Positions 42,023 through 50,199 of a stretch of 64,000 nt of DNA are shown in pieces (within the stretch, counting starts at the first letter, position 1; each line of letters begins with the position of its first letter). The notes beneath the pieces are model-generated. The model searched no databases. It was not told where the DNA came from and saw nothing but the letters and a program-made list of their open reading frames with translations. Both the position numbers and the translations under genes were made by a program. The stretch lies in assembly GCA_049515395.1 (NCBI GenBank), contig JBEKUD010000006.1:11708-75707 (forward strand), written 5' to 3'. Source of the DNA: Candidatus Sulfotelmatobacter sp. (GTDB lineage Bacteria > Acidobacteriota > Terriglobia > Terriglobales > Acidobacteriaceae).

Positions 42023-43474
42023 TTACTTTCCCGAAGGTTTTGTACCGGACTTTCCTCCGTCGAACTTATCCTTGTCCATAAAGGGCTGAGGATTGGTGGG
42101 GCCGGGCGGCAATTCGTTATTCGGGGAAATTCGGTGTACCGTGCACAATACCACCAACTCCGAATTACTTTTTTGAACGCTCTTGCTCTTGAAGAAGGCG
42201 CCGAGAATCGGGATATCGGACAGGCCGGGAATTTTGTTCCAGATGTCGGTGACGCGATTGTCAATCAATCCGGCGATTACGAAACTTTGTCCGTCGCGCA
42301 ATTCGAATTCGGTCTCAGCTTTGCGCGTGCTCAAGGCAGGGACGGTGAAGCCGGATATGGTGAGAGCGTCGGCAAAATCGAGGGTGCTGACCTCGGGCGC
42401 TACAACCAGGTGGATATTGCCGTTGGGCATGATGACCGGAGTGAAGTCAAGTTTGACGCCGAATTCCTTGAACGAAATAGTGACGGCAGTGAATCCCTGT
42501 CCCGGTTGCACGATGGGGAAAGGAAACTGGCCACCGGCAAGGAAGCTTGCCTTCTTGCCGTTGACGGCGATCAGATTGGGCTCCGCCAGAATCTGGAGCA
42601 GATTCTTGGTCTGGAGAGCTTCGATGACGGCACCGAAATGAATGTCAGGACGAAACAAGAATAGATTCAGAACGTTGTTAACCGTCTGCGAGGCCGTGAC
42701 CGGAGCGTTCTGCCCGACAGTCTGGCTGACGGATTGCGTGCCGAAGCCGCCGTACTGGCCGGTGGTGGTGGTTCCGATCGTGTTCGCGGCGCCGTTGGAA
42801 AACAGATTCGCGCCGAGCTGGGTAAGAGCCGTGCGGTCAACTTCGGCGAACTTTACTTCGAGCAGAACCTCCTGAGCGCCCACAGGACCGAAGGTGAGCA
42901 CGTTGACCACATTCTTGGAATAGGCGGCAGCAAGTTCGCCAGCGCGCTTGGCAACATCTTCCGTGGTGACGTGACCGGAGAGAACAATGGCGGCTCGGGA
43001 AGGCGTGACGGAAATCTGCTCGTCAGGAAAGACGCGATGTTCCTCTTCGGCGCAAGCGCTGACATCAACATCGACGCGGAGGTCGAAGCTGCGGGAGCGC
43101 TCGAGTTCGTCCCAGATAAGCAGCGAGACTTCGCCGGGAGCTTTACCGTGAACCAGGATTTGGGTTGGCGTAATGACTTGGGCAAAGGCTACATTCGGGT
43201 CGGTGACAGAAATTCGCTTGAGGCGCTCGGTGGTATTGATGAGCAGGGACTTGTCGACCATCACGCGGAGGGGAGCCGAGCCTTGTGGCAGGGCTGACTG
43301 GGGTGGAAGAGTGGTTTGCGCTGCGACAGCCTGATCTTGCGCAAGGGCAGGGGCAACCGTTTCAGGCTGTTGTTGAAGCGCGGAATCGGCGAGGGCGAAC
43401 GTCGGCATAGGAAGCCAAAGTGTGGCTGCTATTAGAGCTGTCGTGCAAAACTTCATCGTGTGATTCCTCTCCAA
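42023..43474 (-). CDS. cpaC: Tad pilus outer-membrane secretin CpaC/RcpA
   Basis: Signal peptide, BON-like region, and secretin core (GFTVPALSTRKAETEFELRDGQSFVIAGLIDN...IPGLSDIPILGAFFKS). The start may instead be MKF at 43456. Confidence 0.9.
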   Translation of the reverse strand: MERNHTMKFCTTALIAATLWLPMPTFALADSALQQQPETVAPALAQDQAVAAQTTLPPQSALPQGSAPLRVMVDKSLLINTTERLKRISVTDPNVAFAQVITPTQILVHGKAPGEVSLLIWDELERSRSFDLRVDVDVSACAEEEHRVFPDEQISVTPSRAAIVLSGHVTTEDVAKRAGELAAAYSKNVVNVLTFGPVGAQEVLLEVKFAEVDRTALTQLGANLFSNGAANTIGTTTTGQYGGFGTQSVSQTVGQNAPVTASQTVNNVLNLFLFRPDIHFGAVIEALQTKNLLQILAEPNLIAVNGKKASFLAGGQFPFPIVQPGQGFTAVTISFKEFGVKLDFTPVIMPNGNIHLVVAPEVSTLDFADALTISGFTVPALSTRKAETEFELRDGQSFVIAGLIDNRVTDIWNKIPGLSDIPILGAFFKSKSVQKSNSELVVLCTVHRISPNNELPPGPTNPQPFMDKDKFDGGKSGTKPSGK

Positions 43475-43517
43475 ATGAGGAAACCTGCATGCAATCTATG
43501 AGACGCGCAGGCCGAAA

Positions 43518-44393
43518 CTACCTCGGCGATTTGGGCTCTTCCGTCCCTTGTTCGGGAAAATTGACAACATCCTTTTTCTTATCACCCTGGTAAACCTCAA
43601 TACTAAGCACCGAGGGAGCGGGAGCGGGTTGCTGAACTCTTGGTTGCCTGACGGCGTGGGCATGACTCGGCGGAGCTGCGGGCGGTGTACCCCCCTTGTA
43701 CAATCCTTTTGCGTTGACTGCCGGGACTTCGTCCTGCTGCGTGTCGATAGGGTTGCGAAGAGCGAGCTGGATACGGCCTTCGGAACTGGCCAGCGTCAGG
43801 CGTTCGGCATCGTCAGGCGAGACCAGAAGAGTGATCACTGGCGTGCTTTGCGCCTCGCCGGCTGAATTACGCTCCAAAGTGTGGCCGGACGCAATTACGG
43901 CGACATTTTGCAAGACCGTTGTCGTCTGATTTTCGGTGCTTCCGTTCGGCGTCCCGGTGAGAAGGATATCAACACGGGTGCCGGGACCGACGAAGCCGGC
44001 GACGGAGACAACTTCATTCACCCGGACCGAGACGGCGCGCATTCCCGGCGGAATGAGGGAAGGTAAACCGGAACCGGCGTTTTCCGGCGCCAGTTTGCTG
44101 GGCAAAATGAACTCCCCCCTCGCGATCGGGAGGATCACGCCGCGGCCAAGCACCTTGGAGCGCCCACTGTAGGTTCCAGCGGGCAGGGCGGACACCGGGT
44201 ACTTCACGATGCGCAGGTCGTGCTCCTGGACCCTGGCTCCGACCTGGATATCGTCGGCAGCCACCACGACCTCCGCGCCCGGTTCGCTGTTCAAGGAACC
44301 CCTGGTCTGAAGAGTCTTGTAGACGAAGAGGCTCACGACGATGCCCAAGGCCAACGCCACGGCCCCAATCATCAACAGACGCGTACGGTTCAT
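43518..44393 (-). CDS. cpaB: Flp pilus assembly protein CpaB/RcpC (SAF domain)
   Basis: N-terminal TM helix, then SAF-like VVVAADDIQVGARVQEHDLRIVKYP and the RcpC-type region. Confidence 0.88.
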   Translation of the reverse strand: MNRTRLLMIGAVALALGIVVSLFVYKTLQTRGSLNSEPGAEVVVAADDIQVGARVQEHDLRIVKYPVSALPAGTYSGRSKVLGRGVILPIARGEFILPSKLAPENAGSGLPSLIPPGMRAVSVRVNEVVSVAGFVGPGTRVDILLTGTPNGSTENQTTTVLQNVAVIASGHTLERNSAGEAQSTPVITLLVSPDDAERLTLASSEGRIQLALRNPIDTQQDEVPAVNAKGLYKGGTPPAAPPSHAHAVRQPRVQQPAPAPSVLSIEVYQGDKKKDVVNFPEQGTEEPKSPR

Positions 44394-44474
44394 AGCACTC
44401 CGTTAGAACGAAGAAGCACGGTGCCGCTCACGAAGCAGGCGAGGGGCGTAGTTACCTTACCGCGCGACAAGATT

Positions 44475-44636
44475 TTACTGAATCGAGCTGGCCACGTTCG
44501 AGAAAACATTGTTTGCATTCGAACCAATCAGCCGAATCGTGCCGACAACGATAACCAGAATGACGGCCAGCATTACGGCATATTCCGCTATGTCCTGTCC
44601 GTCGTCGTCATGCCAGAGCCTGTACAGGTGGTGCAT
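44475..44636 (-). CDS. flp: Flp/Fap family type IVb pilin (53 aa), first gene of the tad operon
   Basis: MHHLYRLWHDDDGQDIAEYAVMLAVILVIVVGTIRLIGSNANNVFSNVASSIQ*. AGGAGG SD 7 nt upstream. The 97-aa ORF-track extension is unlikely to be translated. Confidence 0.9.
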   Translation of the reverse strand: MHHLYRLWHDDDGQDIAEYAVMLAVILVIVVGTIRLIGSNANNVFSNVASSIQ

Positions 44637-45173
44637 AAGTGATAGCCTCCTTAGGCAATTACAGTTCTTCAACGGTTGAAACGGAGAAAAGGCTTCGGCC
44701 TCCGAGGGCAGTTTCATAGGCTTATTTCTCGCTTGTCCTAACGGAGGATTTTCCAAAACATAAACCATAATACCCTCGAAAGTCCCCTACATGTCTAATT
44801 AATTGCACATTAGTAACGGCTTTGGCCCGCCTGGCCAAAGGGGGTGGGCGCCGCGGGGAATTGCCAAGAAATCGCAAGGCCTCTGTCTCGGGCTCGAAGC
44901 TGGCCCCCGCCGATCAGGATCCCGTACACCAAGCCGATCGTGCCCTTCGCAGGGCCTCTGGCAACTGGGTCAGCAAGGTGGAAGTTCCTACCAACCCGGT
45001 AGGGCACTGACGGGAAGCCTGGGGTAGCTGCCAGGCTCTCAGTGGGCGCGGCGACCCAGGACCGCGACAAGAGGCGTCCAGGGGCGGGAAACAGAAGTCG
45101 CGCTAAACGGTGAAATCATGAAAGCGTGGCGTGGCGACGGTGGGATCGCCAGGACTGCAGGGAAAAGTAAGGT

Positions 45174-46496
45174 TTGCGCGCAGCAAGCAACGTGCCAGCG
45201 TACAGGGTACAATCGCAATCCACCGTGCCTGCTAGCCACGCACAAAGCATATCGACACGACGGATCACATTGCGCTGCGGTCTTGTGCGTGTCTTTGTTT
45301 CGGGCATGCTGTGCTTGCATCTGTTTTTATTCATCAATCTCAGAGGACGCATTGAGCAAGGCTATCCAGACTTCACGGCCTTTTACACGGCGGCGACGCT
45401 GTTGCGCCATGGACTTGGGCATCAACTCTACAACCCGAAGATACAATATGAGGCACAAGAAAGCTTTGCGGGCAACATTTCATCCCGCCGAGGGCCTTTG
45501 CCCTACATCCACCCACCTTTCGAAGCGCTGATCTTCTTGCCGCTGACACTGTTGCCATATACGCAGGCATTTATGGTCTGGGATCTGCTGGCTCTTCTCG
45601 CACTTTTCTTCGTGGCGTGCCTCTTGAGGCGGTCCGTGCCCACTCTTCGATCGATCGCACCTTGGAAATTTGTATTTGCATCCCTTGCCTTCTTTCCAAT
45701 CTTCGACTGCTTATTGCAAGGCCAGGATTCTGTTCTGTTGTTGTTGCTCTGCACACTCGGCTTCGACGCGCTGAAAAGAGAAACAAACTTTCTTGCCGGT
45801 TGCTGGTTCGCGCTGGGAGCGTTCAAGTTTCAGTGGATTCTCCCGATCATTGTGCTCATCGTCGTTTGGAAGGTCAAACGGGTGGCGGCAGGATTCGCAA
45901 TGGTTTCACTGATTCTCGCATTCGTTTCGATCGGGTTGGTGGGCTGGCAGAATATGCTCCATTATCCCGCCTATGTTCTCCGTGTGGTGAACACACCGAG
46001 CTTTGGGGGGGTGGGTTCAGAGATTATGCCGAATCTGCGCGGATTGTTGACGGGTTGGCCGTGGCCTTTTCTGAGGACGGTGGGAAGTATTACGGCAGTA
46101 TCAAGTGCGGTTATATTGTTTCTTCTCGCTGCTACGAAGGGGAGAGGGAAGTCTCATCCGCAAAGGCTGGAGCTGCAATTTTCTTTAGCGATCCTAGTAT
46201 CAGGATTGATCGGCTGGCACACCAATGCGCACGATCTCGCTCTGTTGATTCTGCCGCTAGTGCTGGTTACGGATTATTGCGTGCAGACACAGGCGCAAGA
46301 ACCAGCCTACAGGTTTACCCTTCTACTTCCCGCTTTTCCTACAGTCATCAGCCCGTTGTGGATCGTGCTTTGGTTTGTGAGCGGCCACCTAAATCTGATG
46401 GCCATCACGCTTCTATGGTGGACCTGGAAAATAGGCATGGAGTTGGCGCGCGACTTGCATTTGCCCAGTGGGGTTCAGCACTTAACTTCTAGTTGA
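45174..46496 (+). CDS. Polytopic membrane glycosyltransferase, DUF2029 / GT87 (PimE-like) family, paralogue 1
   Basis: A first-loop Asp motif after TM1 (GYPDFTAFYTAATLL...QLYN...YIHPPFEALIFLPL), then more than 8 TM helices. Clear paralogue of 48821-50143. The start codon is uncertain (TTG in the ORF track). Confidence 0.7.
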   Translation: MRAASNVPAYRVQSQSTVPASHAQSISTRRITLRCGLVRVFVSGMLCLHLFLFINLRGRIEQGYPDFTAFYTAATLLRHGLGHQLYNPKIQYEAQESFAGNISSRRGPLPYIHPPFEALIFLPLTLLPYTQAFMVWDLLALLALFFVACLLRRSVPTLRSIAPWKFVFASLAFFPIFDCLLQGQDSVLLLLLCTLGFDALKRETNFLAGCWFALGAFKFQWILPIIVLIVVWKVKRVAAGFAMVSLILAFVSIGLVGWQNMLHYPAYVLRVVNTPSFGGVGSEIMPNLRGLLTGWPWPFLRTVGSITAVSSAVILFLLAATKGRGKSHPQRLELQFSLAILVSGLIGWHTNAHDLALLILPLVLVTDYCVQTQAQEPAYRFTLLLPAFPTVISPLWIVLWFVSGHLNLMAITLLWWTWKIGMELARDLHLPSGVQHLTSS

Positions 46497-47359
46497 CTGT
46501 ATTTGGCAGTAGTCCGCGATAAGACAACGACCAGCATCGGCAAATAGATGAAAAGCACGGTCCAGCGCCCTACTTCTGTGAAGTGATGCGGAGTGTGGTA
46601 CCAGCGCAGGAGGCCTGCGCCCCAGCTGAAAACAGCGGTCCAGATAATTTCGCGGCGGGACTTGGGAATAAGCCACAAAACAAAGCTGTCGAAGAACCAG
46701 CGCTGCGGCATACAGGCCATCAACAGCAGAAAAATCGCATCGCGGTCACGACCACGCCATAGAGCGAGCAATAACAGCGGTCCAGGCAAAACCAGAAGCG
46801 GGATGAAGTGCTCGTAATGGTTCGTCTGGGCGAGCCATAGCCAAGGCCATCGGGGCATGACGGCCAGGCTCAGGGCCCCAATCAGCAGGCAAGCCCCGAG
46901 ACCGCGCCGGGTGACGCTGGTGAGAAAAACCGGAATTCCGACCTGTGGCTTGGCCATGGTCAACGGCAGAAGAAGAGGGAAGAACGTACTGGCGGCAATG
47001 ATTGGCGACCACTGCGCAGTCAGCAAGGCGGCCCAGTAAGGGTAGGCGAGGAAGACCAGCAGGCGGTGATATCCAGTCCGGGTCAGGCCGAAGGCCAGAA
47101 GTGCGGAACTGAGTCCGTAGAAAAGACCCGCGGCGATCTCCGGCTGCAGGTGGACGAAGGGCAGAGCGAACAAGCCTGCGGTCAACGGATACTGCTCAAA
47201 CGACGTGTCGTAGGGATTCCGTCGTGCAAGCAATTGATGCGCGATATGGATGGCCCAGCGGAAGTCAGCGGCATCCTGATGAAGATGTTTCATCAAGAAC
47301 CAGCAGAAGACGCCGCTGGCCACGCCAACGACTCCCGCTACTGTGATTCGCTTTCGCAT
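46475..47359 (-). CDS. Polytopic membrane protein, shorter DUF2029/GT-C-like paralogue
   Basis: 294 aa: AADFRWAIHIAHQLLARRNPYD...YPLTAGLFALPF, followed by multiple TM helices. Confidence 0.55.
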   Translation of the reverse strand: MRKRITVAGVVGVASGVFCWFLMKHLHQDAADFRWAIHIAHQLLARRNPYDTSFEQYPLTAGLFALPFVHLQPEIAAGLFYGLSSALLAFGLTRTGYHRLLVFLAYPYWAALLTAQWSPIIAASTFFPLLLPLTMAKPQVGIPVFLTSVTRRGLGACLLIGALSLAVMPRWPWLWLAQTNHYEHFIPLLVLPGPLLLLALWRGRDRDAIFLLLMACMPQRWFFDSFVLWLIPKSRREIIWTAVFSWGAGLLRWYHTPHHFTEVGRWTVLFIYLPMLVVVLSRTTAKYSQLEVKC

Positions 47360-47367
47360 CGGGAAGT

Positions 47368-48828
47368 TTGCCCACCAGTTGTAACATGGGTGCGGCCGGT
47401 TACGGGATGGAAGTTGAAGAGGGCACTAGGCGGAGCTTGGAGAAACATCTGCAATCCGTGCTCGTTTTGGTACTGGCCGCAATCGCCGCGGCCAGCATGT
47501 GGTTTTATGTGATCGGCGTCCTGCGCGCGCACCAGATCGCTGACGCCGAGGCCAAACAGATTCCGCGTGGCTTTCTTTCCGACCTTTATCCGCGGTGGTT
47601 GGGTACACGGGAACTTTTGTTGCGCCATCGTAACCCTTACAGCCGCGATGTCACGCTCGATATTCAGGAAGGCTATTACGGACGCCGACTCGACGCCGCG
47701 CGCCCGAACGATCCTAAAGATCAGCAGGGATTTGCTTATCCCGTTTATGTAGTTTTTCTGTTGGCGCCGCTGATTGGACTTCCGTTTCACGCAGTCCAGA
47801 TTTTCTATAGCTGGTTGCTGCTTGGGCTGACGGCTGGAAGCGTATGCCTGTGGTTGCGGGCGCTACGATGGCGATTGTCTATGACTGCCACAGCGACCTG
47901 CATCGTGCTCACGCTGGGAAGTTTTCCAGCCGTACAAGGAATCAGGTTGCAACAGTTCAGCTTGTTGGTGGCGGCGTTGCTGGCCGGCGCCGCGGCCTGT
48001 GTGGCCAGTGGCTGGTTTTTTTTGGGCGGAGTTTTGTTGGCGCTGGCTACGATCAAGCCGCAACTGGCAGGGCCTCCGGTGATCTGGCTGCTGGCGTGGG
48101 CGCTAAGCGATTGGCGGGCACGCCGAAAGTTAGCATTTGGCTTTGGGCTGGTCATGGTTTTGCTGCTGGCGGGCGCCGAGATCGTGTTGCCAGGTTGGTG
48201 GCGAATGTTTGCCGAGGCGATCCAGCAATATCACCAGTACACGCAGAACCGATCCGTGCTCGACCAGATCATGCCTTGGGGTGGAGCGGGAGAAATTCTG
48301 GGTGCGATGGCGGCCTTGGGGTGCGTTTTTTCCCTGTGGAAGCTGCGCCATGAGGCTTCCGACTCCGAGGATTTCGGGCGGACGCTAGCCCTGGTGATGG
48401 CGCTGACGGTGTTGGTAGTGCCCATGTATGCGCCCTACAATCAGGTGCTGCTGCTGCCCGCGATTTTGGTTTTATTGCAGGATCGCACCTTGGTTGCTAA
48501 GAAACCGATTGGTAATAGGTCGAGTGGCGAGAGATCGAGTGGTAAGACATCGACTGAAAAGAGCGTGACGGCTTCGCGGCTGAACGGGGCGCGTCTCGGG
48601 TACGCTGCTGCGGCGCTGGCTTTAATGTGGCAGTGGATCGCGACCGTGAGTCTAAGCGGCGCATACTTCTTAGTGTCGCCTGCCTGGACGCTCCCGCGAT
48701 GGGAGTGGCCCTTCTTCGCCACATTCGCTTTGCCGGTGCTGATATTCTTGCTCATCCTCATCGACGTGCGCGGGAAACACATGGCTACACAGAGGAGAAC
48801 GCTGATGCGGGAGCGCGCGGTTACTTGA
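47368..48828 (+). CDS. Polytopic membrane glycosyltransferase, DUF2029 / GT87-like, paralogue 3
   Basis: SDLYPRWLGTRELLLRHRNPYS...FAYPVYVVFLLAPL, more than 9 TM helices. The start is uncertain (internal Met residues at MGAAG and MEVEEG). Confidence 0.65.
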   Translation: MPTSCNMGAAGYGMEVEEGTRRSLEKHLQSVLVLVLAAIAAASMWFYVIGVLRAHQIADAEAKQIPRGFLSDLYPRWLGTRELLLRHRNPYSRDVTLDIQEGYYGRRLDAARPNDPKDQQGFAYPVYVVFLLAPLIGLPFHAVQIFYSWLLLGLTAGSVCLWLRALRWRLSMTATATCIVLTLGSFPAVQGIRLQQFSLLVAALLAGAAACVASGWFFLGGVLLALATIKPQLAGPPVIWLLAWALSDWRARRKLAFGFGLVMVLLLAGAEIVLPGWWRMFAEAIQQYHQYTQNRSVLDQIMPWGGAGEILGAMAALGCVFSLWKLRHEASDSEDFGRTLALVMALTVLVVPMYAPYNQVLLLPAILVLLQDRTLVAKKPIGNRSSGERSSGKTSTEKSVTASRLNGARLGYAAAALALMWQWIATVSLSGAYFLVSPAWTLPRWEWPFFATFALPVLIFLLILIDVRGKHMATQRRTLMRERAVT

Positions 48829-50143
48829 TGGCTGCGTTTTGATCCTGCGAACCGCTGGTGAGAAACAGCATAAGCACTGGAATGGCGACCAGGGAATAAG
48901 AGTGCGCTCTCAACGCCAACAAATGCAGCGGCGGGAGAAGCAGGATTGCGAGCAGGCTCGCTCGCAGCCACCCCGCGGCCGTGCGCGGGCGGGATGTCCG
49001 CTTCCAGTTGAGATTCGCCAGCAGGTAAATCGGCAACAGCAACAGGCTGAGATCATGCGGGTTCAGGTGATAACTAACGAGCAGAGCAAACACCACGGTG
49101 CTCGCGAAAGGGACATCGAAATTTTCCGGGCTTGCGGAGTTGGGGGGAGCATCGACCGATGCGTCTCTCCAATCTGCGAACGCTTTTAGCAGGGCCATCG
49201 CTGACAAGATTGATGCAGCGCCGAAGATCCAAGCGGAGGGCCAAGCAGGGACGGCCAAGAAGAGTAATCCGCGAAAGTTGGCCATGGCTTGAGGAAAAAT
49301 TCCCGCAAACGGCTGCTCCGGAAGATGCAGCAGGAATAAAGGGTAGGCAGTGAAGACGGACCATCCGCAAATGGCGATCGACAGGGCTGCCAAAACCAAT
49401 GCAACCAGGCCAAACCCTTTCACCAGGCCGCTTTTGGCAGTTCTGCCTTGCGATACCAGGAGAAGTAACAGTATCGGCAGCGTGAGCTGAAACTTAAGCA
49501 GTCCGAGGGCCAACCAACATCCAGCGGCAAACGCGCGGGCGCGCCTCAGGGTGGTGAATGCAAAGACGAAGAAAAGCAGCAAGAGGATTGAGTCTTGCCC
49601 TTGAAGAAGACAAAGTAGGATCGGGACAAAAGTCAACGCCGCGGCGAATAATGTTCGCCAATCGTATTGCGATGATACTTCGGCCACGAGATGGTGAGTG
49701 GCCAGTGCAAGGAATCCGAAGTTCAGCACCCACCACAGAAGACACGCTGCTTTCAATGGCAGCCATGCGACGGCAAGATAGACCACAGCTTCGAATGGCG
49801 GATGTATGTAGAGCGTGCCGACTCTACCGGAGTAGCGAGCCTGATATTGACGTTGTGCGTTGGCATCGTAAAGTTGATGTCCATGGCCGTCGGCCAGCAT
49901 GCGCGCCGCGGCGTAGAAATCGATGAAGTCCGTACCCTGTAGGGAGGCTGACAAACGTGCGCCGGCAAGACTGAGCAATGAACACAGCAGAATGAAGAGG
50001 AGGAACGTCCGAGCTCCAGATGCGATTCTCTGCGAGCGAGTTGTGGAGGACAGAAGCACGTCGCAGTCTATCGGACGGCTGCGGGGAAGCGCTACAGGCG
50101 GTTTCGACAAAAACTCTTCCCGTGGGGGTATGATTGCTGTCAT
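48821..50143 (-). CDS. Polytopic membrane glycosyltransferase, DUF2029 / GT87-like, paralogue 4
   Basis: GTDFIDFYAAARMLADGHGHQLYD...LYIHPPFEAVVYLAV...LLQGQDSILLLL...AAGCWLALGLLKFQ. Collinear with paralogue 1. Confidence 0.7.
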   Translation of the reverse strand: MTAIIPPREEFLSKPPVALPRSRPIDCDVLLSSTTRSQRIASGARTFLLFILLCSLLSLAGARLSASLQGTDFIDFYAAARMLADGHGHQLYDANAQRQYQARYSGRVGTLYIHPPFEAVVYLAVAWLPLKAACLLWWVLNFGFLALATHHLVAEVSSQYDWRTLFAAALTFVPILLCLLQGQDSILLLLFFVFAFTTLRRARAFAAGCWLALGLLKFQLTLPILLLLLVSQGRTAKSGLVKGFGLVALVLAALSIAICGWSVFTAYPLFLLHLPEQPFAGIFPQAMANFRGLLFLAVPAWPSAWIFGAASILSAMALLKAFADWRDASVDAPPNSASPENFDVPFASTVVFALLVSYHLNPHDLSLLLLPIYLLANLNWKRTSRPRTAAGWLRASLLAILLLPPLHLLALRAHSYSLVAIPVLMLFLTSGSQDQNAAIK

Positions 50144-50199
50144 TATTCTAAACGGCCCGAATTCTGGGTAATCTCAGGCCAGAAGACGCGCAAAATCCC

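Noticed and set aside
44800-45110. Checked both strands of the flp upstream region for RNase P RNA, SRP RNA and 6S RNA.
   Set aside because: The conserved cores are absent: GGAAAGUCCGGGC and ACAGAACCCGGCUUA for RNase P, GGUCCGGAAGGAAGCAGCC for SRP. It is kept only as an unclassified structured region.
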